From: Octopus bimaculoides
Lineage: Eukaryota
Direction: 5' to 3'
Length of the DNA: 64,000 bases
Assembly: GCF_001194135.2 (NCBI RefSeq)
Contig: NC_068990.1
Location: 87,888,521-87,952,520, forward strand
In this document: one piece after another, positions 49,011 through 61,060 of the stretch
Layout of the letters: the number at the start of each line of letters is the position of its first letter
Position numbering within the stretch: position 1 is the stretch's first letter
Made by a program: the position numbers and the translations under genes
Notes under the pieces: generated by a model
Seen by the model: only the letters and a program-made list of their open reading frames with translations
Told to the model about the DNA's origin: nothing
Database searches by the model: none

Positions 49011-50692
49011 TGTTTGCACTTGCCTCAACAGGTCTGTGCAGGTATGGCTGCATGGACAAGGAATTTGCTTTGTATCTACATGGTTTAAGTTTCTATACCA
49101 CTTTGTGGAATCTTGGGCAAGTACTTTCTATAACCTCAGGCCAACCAATAACATATGAGGTCTGTGGTTCATGGAAAATTCTGGCACCTCAAACAATGAA
49201 AAGCAAATGAAGTTTCTGTGAGTTTTTCATTGGCTGAAATGGCTCTTTCATAATTAATTGCTCTATCTATATATCTATCTTTCTATACATGTATATGATA
49301 CCCTCTCAGCCTCTTATCACTCATTTTTCTCTCATCCTCTCTCATTCAAACCCCTATCAGCCTACTCTTGTTACCACCCCACAACCTTGACATCATCTTT
49401 CCTCCCTTTACCTTCACTTATCTGCCATCCTTATTCATTGGTAAGGAATCCCCTACCACCATACTCATCACTCAACTCCTCCTACCCAATACACTCTCAT
49501 CTCCCTATCACTTACTTTCCTGTCACCCTTATCTGTCACTGGTATGGGACCAACCTAATTCCTATCCACATATCCCAACCACCACCATCCTTACCGTTCA
49601 ACCTTCCCTGTTCATCTCAAGGTTTATTGTATAAGGATCACATAATATTGGGCTTACTCTTCTCATTATGCTTTACCCTCTTTTTTTGCTTCCTTCCTGT
49701 CATCTTTTCTTGCTCCTTTTCACCCACACATCCTGGCTCTTCCTCTGTCATCAACGTATCTCCTGGGTCGTGTTGCCTTCTGTCATTGCACTGTCTTCTT
49801 CTTCTCATTCCTTGATTGTATATATGTCTCAGATTACTGTGTACCCTTATCACTCATCTCTCTTATGACTAGTGTTGTCATTCATGCCCCTAACTCTTTT
49901 ACATTCCTCTCAATTTGTTGAGAGATCAGTGTGCAAGTGGGCATCGGTCAAGTGGCCCCTTTAGTCAGGTCATGAACATGACTACCCTCTGGTGCAGATG
50001 CTTCAAAAAGAAAAACACTCTGTACATCTGTAAAGTGGTTGGCGTTTGGAAGAATATCCAACCGTAGAAACCAAGCTAAAAATAAAACTCATGAGCATGA
50101 TGCAGTCCTCCAATCTGTCTGATTGAGCAGGTCCCCTACATCTGTTGACACTGGTTTGAAACACCTGTCCAATCAAAGCCACCATGGAAAGTGGATGTAA
50201 AATGATGATGGTGATGGTGATGATATATCATACAGACACACACATACATATATGAGAGTGAGATACAGAACACTGGTGACCTAGTAGTGAAGGGTATGGA
50301 TGGATTACAAAAGCAATGAGAGAGTTAAATAGAATAATAGTGAGTGTTACTAAATGTAACAAAGAGAGTAAAAGTGAGGTGTCTAGGAAATGTAGCTTGT
50401 AGAGTATGCATGTATATATATATCCATGAAATGAGGTAGGCAGCTAATATGATTTGGTAATTAGCATTGCAAAAGGTTCATAGTTCAGGAATTACCTGTT
50501 ACCACTATCAGTCACTATGCTATCACCTCCACTGCAACCACTACTAGCCTCCTAACCACATTCACCATTCTGTTACTATCTTTTCAACCTTATGATAACG
50601 ACCACCACCTCTACAACCATGGCTATCATCACCTCTAAAAAAATGCTAGAAAAGAAAAATTATTCAACTTTAGCATTTAGATTAATTTCCAA

Positions 50693-50746
<54 letters not shown>

Positions 50747-51114
50747 ATAATATAATCATCTGACCAAACTAATTGGTCTTCCTATAAAACAGCCTCCAGC
50801 TATTGGAAGTATATATGTGTGTGTGTGTGTATGTGTGTCAAAGGTTGAGTGAATCTATTGTACAATTGATTGCGACTTCATACCAGCTGCTAAGAACACC
50901 GGATGAAAGCTTTGCTTAATGCCTATAAGCTGATGCAGCTGAAACATACATACACACAGGTAGCCATACAAATGAATAGAGTGGGATAAATAGAGAGATT
51001 GACAGATAGATAATCTATGTATACATTTATATATGCACACACACCTATACATGAGCATTATTAACCCATATTTCTTTTACCCATCTCTCACTTCCTTTCT
51101 CTGTCACTCTCCAT

Positions 51115-51274
<160 letters not shown>

Positions 51275-52451
51275 GCCTAGTCTTTCTCAACCAATCATTC
51301 CTTTGTTGTTTTATTTATTTTATTGCTTATTTTTACATTTGGTTCCATTTTGTCCCTTTCAACCAAAAAACATTATTGTTGGTCCTAATGATACACAATA
51401 TCCATATCTGAAATTAAAAGGATTAAGAAAACTATTTAATTATATCTTGTCCACTCTGCCTGACCGTTAACAGGCCCTGCAGTCATCCACTGATTGCTGT
51501 TTGTAAAAGAATGCAACCATGGCTCTGGAGTTAAAAGAACTGTGTTGGAATTTCACGGTTGTAGGTTTGATTTTGCTACACAGCACCTTGGGCAAAGTAC
51601 TCTGCCATAGATTTGGGTCAGTCAAAGCTTTGGAAACTGTGTGGAAACCCACCAGAAGGATATTTCCTGTTCTTGGAGATAGACTGGGGTGCCCTTACTC
51701 AGGTACCAGAATTCCAACCTGAGTATAACTTTCTTCCTTTCCAAACACAAGTCTTGGAATCCTGAAAATGATTGCAGCTCTGCTCTTCGCTGTCTCTCTA
51801 AATGATTATTAATTATTTTTTTTAATATATTGTTAATAGAAATATTGTATAATTAAGTAATATTCGTTAGCTCTCAGTGCCAAGTTTAATTCTAGTTAGT
51901 TGCCTAGAGAAAGTAATAAGGAATCAAACCTCTAATAATTGGCCACTGTTTACTAATCATCTTAACTCTGACATCTGGTTTCCGATTCTAATAACAAGCT
52001 GACTGTTGTTGTTTAGTCATATATCAGTTCCAATCAAGCAGACTGATGATTGAAAGTGCTCCAACTGTGAAAATCCCATCATAGTTATCTAGGACAACAT
52101 TATCGAATGTGTACTTTTTTTTTTCTCACCTTTTTGGCTGAATAAAATTTTACTGAATGTGAAATGGACTTGATGGGAAGTTGTCTTTCTACAAATTAAA
52201 CTTTCTTTTTTTTATATCTTAACTGTGAATAGGTAATGTCTTTGTGATTATTATAATTTGTTTGATTAAGAAGAATTACTGTTTGGTCCAGAAGAGTGTG
52301 TTGTATCTGTTTAAAGTTAGAATCCTGTCCTTAGAAATTTATGAGACAGATTTTATTGTTTAGGAGGTGATAAAGACTTCATCTATTTAACTCTAGCAAT
52401 ACGTTGTAAGTACATATATACACATGAATGTGTGTAGTGACAATGGTGTGT

Positions 52452-52534
<83 letters not shown>

Positions 52535-52859
52535 TAGATACATACATACATACATACATACATACATACATAAGCATTCAGTACACTTGTAAAATAGTTA
52601 GCATTAGGAAGAGCATCCAACCATAGAAATCATGCCAAAGCTGACACAGAGCAATGGGATGGCCCTGCTACTCACTGGACCCTGTCAAACCATCCAGTTC
52701 ATGCCAGTATGAAAAATATGGATGTTAAATGATGATGATGATGACGATGATGATGGTTGTGTGTGTGTGTGTGTGTGTGTGCATGTATGTATGCATGTGT
52801 ATCAGTGTGTGTGGGGGGAGAGAGAGAGATACATATGTATATGAGTGTGAGTGTGTGCG

Positions 52860-53030
52860 CGTGTGTGTGTGTGCTGCTGTGTTTACGTCCCTGTAACTTA
52901 GCAGTTCAGCAAAAGAAACTGATAGAATAAGTAATAGGCTTACAAAGAATAAGTCCTGGGGTCGATTTGCTCGACTAAAGGTGGTGCTCCAGCATGGCCA
53001 CAGTCAAATGACTGAAACAAATAAAATAAT
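52860..53030 (+). mobile_element. SINE family A, 3' half
   Basis: GTGTTTACGTCCCTGTAACTTAGCAGTTCAGCAAAAG...AAGTCCTGGGGTCGATTTGCTCGACTAAAGGTGGTGCTCCAGCATGGCCACAGTCAAATGACTGAAAC. Confidence 0.9.
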
Positions 53031-53363
53031 ATATATGCAAGTGGTGTGTGTAGATAGGGTTATAATCCAAGCTATGTCCACTTGAAGCATATCTGCTTCT
53101 TCCAGTACTCCAGAATTGTATGTAGATGTTACATTTTTTGTGAGGTATGCATAAGAGTTGAATAATTGTGGAAAATATTTCTTGCAGAGTAATTACATAT
53201 CAAAACAGGAGATTGGAAAAAAAATTTTGGTATTATTAATTCCCATTAATTAAACTCATGTAATGGTGAATAAATAATATCAAAAAAAAATTTCCAATCT
53301 CCTGTTTTGATATATATGTGTGTATGTGTGTGTGGAGGTATATATATCTGTGTATGTAGGTAT

Positions 53364-53406
<43 letters not shown>

Positions 53407-53407
53407 T

Positions 53408-53624
53408 ACTCTTTTCTACTCTAGGCACAAGGCCCGAAATTTGGGGGGAGAGGGCCAGTCAATTAGATCGACCCCAGTATACAACTGGTACTTAATTTAT
53501 CGACCCTGAAATGATGAAAGCCAAAGTCAACCTCGGCAGAATTTGAACTCAAAACGTAAAGACAGACGAAATACCACTAAGCATTTCACCTGACATGCTA
53601 ACATGTCTGCCAGCTCACTGCCTT
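53408..53624 (-). mobile_element. SINE family B next to (GATA)n
   Basis: Reverse complement of the 34337-34567 type; (GATA)n at 53365-53406. Confidence 0.9.
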
Positions 53625-54146
53625 AGATATAGATATATATAGTCAATGCATTATTATATATATGTGCATGTGTGTATCTTCAAGAGAAGAATAAAATACA
53701 TTTCGATTACCTTCTTATTATAACATTTTATGCATATATATATATATCATCATCATCATTATCATATATAAATATGATAAGTTGAAAGTAGCTCACTATG
53801 TTGATAGATAAAATGAAAGATAAAATGAAAGAATAAGTGTTTGATGACACAATTAATTTTCTGGTCTGTATTGTGCAATGAAGGTTGGCAAAGGTGATGT
53901 CTAGCTATAATACTGCAAAAAAAGTCAATATGGCTAAATAAAATTATGTGAGGTGTGTGTTAGGAGATAATCTGGTATTAGTCTAATTTGAGATGAGCAT
54001 CATGTTAGAGGGTGCTTAAGCAAGATGCAGTTCCTGACTCAGGAGCAGGAAGTTTACTTAAAGCTTTTATATATATGTAATGTGTGTGTGTGTGTGTGTG
54101 ATTGAAGTCATTGTGTCTATAATCACATGTACACATCTATATGCAT

Positions 54147-54183
<37 letters not shown>

Positions 54184-54284
54184 CTTCTATTTATACATGC
54201 ATTCCAAGTCACATTTACATGCACATATATATTTAAGCAGACACTCATTTATAAAAACACACATGTATATATATATATATATGT

Positions 54285-54415
54285 ATTGGCGTTATGAAGG
54301 GCATCCAGCTTTAGAAACTCTGCCAGATCAGATTGGAGCCTGGTGCAGCCATCTGGTTCACCAGTCCTCATGCAAATCATCCAACCCATGCTAGCATGGA
54401 AAGCAGACGTTAAAC

Positions 54416-54448
<33 letters not shown>
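54285..54448 (+). mobile_element. Family C 3' end
   Basis: TTGGCGTTATGAAGGGCATCCAGC...CCAACCCATGCTAGCATGGAAAGCAGACGTTAAAC(GAT)n. Confidence 0.9.
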
Positions 54449-55177
54449 ATATCATTGTTTTCATCATCATCATCATCATCATGAAAATATGAGTTGGATG
54501 GGCCAAGAGTTTTAATCATTCCTAATTTGGAGATGCTGCCCTTATAGTTAAGTTAGGGGAATACATCTTGCTTTTATTTTCTATTTTTGGCATGGTATCT
54601 ATGATTGGGTGCCCTTTTTAACACCAACCACTGTACAGTGTGTGCAGTGTATTTTATCATGGTACTATCACTTATGAGGTTACCTTGAATCCTGCTAAGC
54701 AAATGAATCTTCGCTGCTCTGCATTACCTCTGTCCTTTTAGGATAATGTGACCAACAGATTGAATATAAGAAAGAGCAATTGCAGAAAATGAAACTAATG
54801 TGAGAAAGAGTCAGGTGCAAGAGAGAATTGTGGGTAAACTGAGTGAATGCAGTAACATTATGGAAGAGGAGGAAGAAATGGGAGAGACAATGCTAGGGGC
54901 GTTACTGGAAGGGTCAGTGTAATGGGAGAGTGATACAATGATGGCAGAGAGTAATGGAAGAGAAATACTAAATACTAATGACTGTTACATGTTTAAGGGC
55001 AAAAGAAAAGATGAGTGAGGATAGTCATAGGAATGGTTAATGGTCAGAAAGTGTGATGGGTGTCAACAGCAATTAGCCTGGTGGGTGGAGAGAGCTTAAA
55101 TAATGAATAGTCATGGAGATGGGTGATGATAAGAGAGGAATGGATGCAAATAAGGAGTGACCTGGAGGAGAGGAAGT

Positions 55178-55592
55178 AATGGCTAGCAGTGTTGTTGTGT
55201 GTTGGCACTCCGTCGCTTACGACGTCGAGGGTTCCAGTTGATTCGATCAACGGAACAGCCTGCTCATGAAATTAACGTGCAAGTGGCTGAGTACTCCACA
55301 GACACGTGTACCCTTAACGTAGTTCTCGGGGATATTCAGCGTGACACAGAGTGACAAGGCTGACCCTTTGAATTACAGGTACAACAGAAACAGGAAGTAA
55401 GAGTGAGAGAAAGGTGTGGTGAAAGAGTACAGCAGAGTTCACCACCATCCTCTGCTGGAGCCTTGTGGAGCTTTAGGTGTTTTTGCTCAATAAACACTCA
55501 CAACACCCGGTCTGGGAATCGAAACCGCGATCCTATGACTGCGAGTCTGCTGCCCTAACCACTGGGCCATTGCGCCTCCAATGGCTAGCAGT
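55178..55592 (-). mobile_element. Full-length tRNA-headed SINE (family D), 389 bp, with 13-bp TSD
   Basis: TSD AATGGCTAGCAGT at 55178-55190 and 55580-55592. Minus-strand head GGAGGCGCAATGGCCCAGTGGTTAGGGCAGCAG...GGTTTCGATTCCCAG (A and B boxes); CAACAAC tail. Confidence 0.92.
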
Positions 55593-57109
55593 AGAGTAGG
55601 GTTAATAAGTAAATGTGTGGGACACCAACATATCCATGATATTACATGGAAATACAAGTGGCCAAAATCATTTCTGAAATTCTGAGAAAACTTTTGAACG
55701 GTTTGTGTTTTTAAACCGAATGTATTTTTTCTGATGTTATATTTATTCCTGAAGATGTGTAAAGAAATTTTAATTTATTAAGTCTCTTAATGAATTCTTT
55801 ATACTGAAATATATATTGAAGAAGATAAATATGTTCATTTGAATATATACGTTTTTGCGTCGTAACTCCTTTATTATTATTAATATACCCATNNNNNNNN
55901 NNNNNNNNNNNNNNNNNNNNNNNNNNNNNNNNNNNNNNNNNNNNNNNNNNNNNNNNNNNNNTATATATAATGGCTAGAATTAAGTATCTAAATGTCTTGT
56001 ACTTAGAACAGCATCTGAGACACAGCTTGCTAAATAATTAAGGTTAGTTAAGCAAGAAAGTATTTAATGAATCTATGTTTCTGTGTGTTAATTTAAATTT
56101 ACCACTCTTTCTACTCAACTAATGAACTGTAAATTAAAATCATTTTCGTTTAGTGCAATATTTCCATAAAAGATTTACTAAGATGGTCAGCAACTATTTC
56201 TTTTTAAATTGTTTTCTGGTATAAGATAAATAATGTAACAGCCTTTAATTTTTGTTCCATGTGAAGAAATTCAACCAAAAACTGAAATAGCAGCTTCTGT
56301 CTATGAATTCTAAGGACTTTATTGTTGAAAGAAGGAAAGCAAAAAAAAAAATCAAATTAAATAAATATATTAAGATTTCATGTTGCCATACTTAATTTCA
56401 TTTTACTAACAAGAAAATAAAATAGATTCCTTACAAAACATTTCTCTTGCAAAGTAAATAAACAACTAACGAAGACTGAGCTGTGAGTGCGTGTGTGCGT
56501 GTAGGTGGGTATGCATGCACACGTGCATATGTAATGTTTGTGCGTTTATATGAATAAGGAACAATCTTGCCTAAACAGATTAAAAAAACAAGGTAGTATG
56601 ATATAAAATACAAATGTATTTGTACAGAATGGTTGCCATTTGCACTGCAATGGCATTATATACATGGTTTATGTGTGACATTCTACAAGCTGTGACCATG
56701 GAAGACTTCTGTGAATACTCAAGAAGGGCAATTACATACATTGCACTAAGCTACCTTGTTTAGTGTAAGCTATGCAGAGAATGGTCATGGTACTGGTGGT
56801 AGAGCTCATGGTGGTGGTGGTGGTGAGACTGGTTTGTGTGAATGGTGGAGGCTATTCTGCATAGGTAGATGTGAGTAGTGAGGGCGTTGTGCAGTTGTTT
56901 CTGATTGGCTGGTTGATTTGTGTAGGTGGACAGGTCAGAGTGTTGGTTAGTTATGAGGATGGTCTGTGTGGGTGAGTGCAGCTGGTCAAGGTATTTGGTG
57001 AGTGATGGGGAAGATCTGTGTGTTGGAAGATGAGGTATGTATCTGATTGTGTGTGTGTGTCCAGCTGAAAGCATATATATAAAATGGTTGTGATGTGTGC
57101 ATGAAGATA

Positions 57110-57412
57110 TATGAGGGGGTGCCTAAAAGTAACCAGAAATGTTCTCTGTGGGACAAGCCCATTGTAGTTCTGACTTCTGCTGCTAGAAGCCACTTGATGC
57201 GAGCCTCAGGCATCAGCCTGTCAACTGGCATTGTCTATTGAGGGTCATCCTTTCACGTAGTGCATATTTGTTTTGTTGTGCTTCTCCCCTGTTCATCGAT
57301 TTTTGCATTGACTGAAATGAAGGAATAACATGCTTCCATGAAATTCTGTTTTCTGTTGGAGAAAACGACAGCCAAAACATTTGTCAGGCTTCAAACAGCT
57401 TACAAGGACGCC
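57110..57412 (+). mobile_element. mariner-like transposon 5' fragment
   Basis: TA-TGAGGGGGTGCCTAAAAGTAACCAGAA TIR-like start. ATG at 57317 gives MKE*HASMKFCFLLEKTTAKTFVRLQTAYKDA, resembling a mariner N-terminal HTH region. Confidence 0.7.
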
Positions 57413-57613
57413 TTTAAAAAATAAGTAATGGGGTCACTTCAATTGACTAAAATTCTTCAAGGCAGTGCCCCAGCATGGCCACACTCTAATGATTGAAATA
57501 AGTAAAAGATAGAGGATACTTTTTCAGTCACATGTTTTTGCTTTTCTGTCTCCATCTATTATTTATTTGCTTGTCTCCTCTTTGCCTCATAATCTTACAC
57601 TGTGTGATTTTTT

Positions 57614-57648
<35 letters not shown>

Positions 57649-57752
57649 NNNNNNNNNNNNNNNNNNNNNNNNNNNNNNNNNNNNNNNNNNNNNNNNNNNN
57701 NNNNNNNNNNNNNNNNNNNNNNNNNNNNNNNNNNNATATATATATGTATATG

Positions 57753-57793
<41 letters not shown>

Positions 57794-59379
57794 ATGCATA
57801 TATATCTGTGTATATGTATATATGTATGTATATATGCATGTATATATATATGTGTATGTATGCATGTATCTATGTATATATATATATGTGTGTGTATATA
57901 TATATGTATGTGTATATATATATGTGTGTGTGTGTGTGTATTCATTTATTTATTCAATGTCAGTTATTCCATACTAGCCTGGACTGGACAAATATACACA
58001 CATATATGATCGTACACACACGCAACACATAGGATGCATGTGTGTGTGACATTCCATATAAACTAATCAAAGATTTAGCCATGAGTAAATTCGATAACAT
58101 TACAGCACTCAAAACTTCAACATCTTACAATTGAGTTATCACCTCCTGAGGTGTCACACAACTCATTAAACACACCACAATATTTCTCTTTTATCCTCCT
58201 TACTTTCCCTTTCTGTCTTTAAAGACATCTCCATTATCTTAATTTTTGAAAGACAATCTCTGCTTCTGTAATTATTTCTTAGCTTATCAACAAAATGAAG
58301 CAATTAAGAATGCCAACTTCAACGCAAAAACTAAAATCTCCTATGACCTAAAGCCAACCTACACAGCTTTGGGAAAGTCGTTTCGGCCATATTGTTTAAA
58401 GAAAAAAATATGTCACAATTAAAAAGGTTATGTTAAGGTTTTCTGAATAATTGATGTTCAATGTTTTCTTAGTTAAAATTTTGTTGTTTATGAGAAGCCA
58501 TCATTAGTTTACAATAGAAATGGGAAAGTAATAAAAGCTACTTAACAAATAAAGCAGAGTTGGAGAAAATGATGTTTATGCAACATTTAGTGGCTCATTT
58601 AAGGCTTGTTAATGTGAAATACCGAAAAAAATTAAATTTTTCTTCCTTGTTTTATTGTTAACAGACTTCTATTACATGACATTACTATATTTAAGGTTTA
58701 AATATTTCCATTTTGAATTCTGAATCATAAATATGGGAGAGGGTGAGGAGATGAATTTTGGTTTTGATTTTAAGTTTCAGTATTGTGTATTTAAACTAAA
58801 AAAATGTTGCAGAAGAAACTTTCAATTACATTTCTGTTTGAAATTTGTGATTTATGGAACTGAAATGTTTCTACTGAACAAACAACTTTTGCTTTATATC
58901 AGCAATATACTATTTTACTGTTTCTTCCAATTACTTCTGCAACATGAAGAATATTCTTGACGAAGACACCTGCAGTCAAGAATATTACCTTTGTCAAATC
59001 ATTGCCTAATTTATTTCAATATTTTTTCTGCTTCTCTGCGAACAATTATTTCTGTGCTGTTTGCTGTGAAGTGTTTTCTTTCTTTGTCATCTTTCCTTAA
59101 CAATAGTATACAATAGTTTTGTATCCAGAGATTCATTATTCTATACAATAATTTTGTAATCTAATATTTTTGATAATCAAATAAAATATGGCTTTATGTA
59201 TCTTTTTAGATATTATACAAACACACACATATGTTGTACATACATGTACATGTACAAATACATAGATACATATATATATAAATATATNNNNNNNNNNNNN
59301 NNNNNNNNNNNNNNNNNNNNNNNNNNNNNNNNNNNNNNNNNNNNNNNNNNNNNNNNNNNNNNNNNNNNNTATATATATT

Positions 59380-59389
<10 letters not shown>

Positions 59390-59411
<22 letters not shown>

Positions 59412-60130
59412 TGAATGTCTGTTTTCCATACCAACATGGGGTTGGAAAGCTTGACAGGAACTGGTAAGGCCAGGAGCCACACCAAGTTCCATAGTTTGTT
59501 TTGGCTTGGTTTCTATGGTTGGATGCCCTTCCTAGTGCCAACCACTCCACAGAGTGTACTGGATGCTTCTTATGTAGCACCAGCATAGGTGCTTTTTAAG
59601 TGGAACCAGCAACAGTGCTTTTTATGTGGCACCAGCAGCCACACCAGTACTTTTTATGTGGGCCTTGGTTTTAGGATCTCAATTCTCTTGTGCTGGATGA
59701 GTCTTCTCAAGTAAAGCAATGCACTCCATATCCCAGTCCTTTGTCATCTTCATAAAGTACAGCATTTTGAGATCAGCCTTCAAAACTTCCACAACTTCCA
59801 TCCATTTTAAGTGATCAGCACTTCTTTATGCAACTGTCTTCATCCATCTGCATCACATGACCAAGCTAGCATTGTCTCCTCTCTTGCACACTGCATATCA
59901 TTCTTCTTTTGCCCAACTTTTTTCTCAATACACTGATGCTCTGTTGCACTTGCACACTTAGGTTACACATCCAGCAGAGCATACCAGCTTCATTCCTCTC
60001 CAGCCTTCACATGTCTTCTACATTCAGGGACCACATCTCACTATGATACAGCATCACAATTTATACACATACATCATACAATCTTCCTTTCACTCACAGA
60101 GAGAGACCTTTGGTTACCAATAAAGGTAAA
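59390..60130 (-). mobile_element. RTE-type LINE 3' end: ORF C-terminus, family C 3' UTR and (GAT)n tail
   Basis: Minus strand LLVTKGLSL*VKGRLYD...EMWSLNVEDM*RLERNEAGMLCWMCNLSV...CIALLEKTH continues into repeat cores, GGTTGGCACTAGGAAGGGCATCC and a GAT tail. Confidence 0.85.
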
Positions 60131-60598
60131 AGCTCTTTGTTATTTTAGCATATAAAAACACTTATATCTATCTATATACATGTATGTATGTATGTGTGGC
60201 TACATACATATATGTATATATATATATATGTCTATATGTGTGTGTGTGTACGTATATGTATATGTATGTATATGTATGTATGCATGTACATATATGTGTA
60301 TATATAACATGTATATATATGTGTATATATAACCNNNNNNNNNNNNNNNNNNNNNNNNNNNNNNNNNNNNNNNNNNNNNNNNNNNNNNNNNNNNNNNNNN
60401 NNNNNNNNNNNNNNNNNNNNNNNNNNNNNNNNNNNNNNNNNNNNNNNNNNNNNNNNNNNNNNNNNNNNNNNNNNNNNNNNNNNNNNNNNNNNNNNNNNNN
60501 NNNNNNNNNNNNNNNNNNNNNNNNNNNNNNNNNNNNNNNNNNNNNNNNNNNNNNNNNNNNNNNNNNNNNNNNNNNNNNNNNNNNNNNNNNNNNNNNNN

Positions 60599-60778
60599 AT
60601 AACATGTACATATATGTGTATATATAACATGTACATATATGTGTATATATAACATGTACATATATGTGTATATATAACATGTACATATATGTGTATATAT
60701 AACATGTACATATATGTGTATATATAACATGTACATATATGTGTATATATAACATGTATATATATGTGTATATATAAC
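60599..60778. repeat. 25-bp minisatellite AACATGTACATATATGTGTATATAT, about 7 copies, continuing across gap
   Basis: Exact 25-bp periodicity from 60601; a related unit occurs at 60300-60334. Confidence 0.92.
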
Positions 60779-60844
60779 CAACCTTCTCAGCCCAAAACAG
60801 AGGTAATTAGTAATAACCATCATCATTCATAGTAATAATAATTG

Positions 60845-61060
60845 CTTCAAATTTTGGCTCCAGGCCAGCACTTTTAGGGAGAGATGCTTCATTGATTACG
60901 TTGACCTTAGTATTTGACTAATACTTTATTTTATCAACTTCAAAAAGATGAAAAGCAGAACTGACCTCAGCAGAATTTGAACTCAGAATGTAAAGAGCCT
61001 GAACCAATACTGAAAAGCAGTTTTTCCAATGCACTAACTATTCTGCCAGTTTACTGCCTT
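60845..61060 (-). mobile_element. SINE family B
   Basis: AAAGATGAAAAGCAGAACTGACCTCAGCAGAATTTGAACTCAGAATGTAAAG...TTCTGCCAGTTTACTGCC. Confidence 0.8.

Noticed and set aside
49258-49815. 185-aa ORF without Ns
   Set aside because: Pyrimidine-skewed low-complexity DNA that is stop-poor by composition; no recognisable domain or splice context.
50290-50330. AG|GG TAT GGA as possible TASK exon 2 start
   Set aside because: Reads GYGWITKAM..., not GYGH-x-x-P; there is no polypyrimidine tract and no M2 helix.
55500-55579. tRNA-like sequences at SINE heads (also 42719, 34337, 1430)
   Set aside because: A/B boxes only; they continue into SINE bodies and lack a complete cloverleaf acceptor stem.
58950-58986. 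Perfect 12-bp inverted repeat AATATTCTTGAC-N13-GTCAAGAATATT with faint hammerhead resemblance
   Set aside because: Core motifs are not intact (UUGACGA, no GAAA), there is no stem I, and one such stem is roughly expected by chance in 64 kb of AT-rich DNA.
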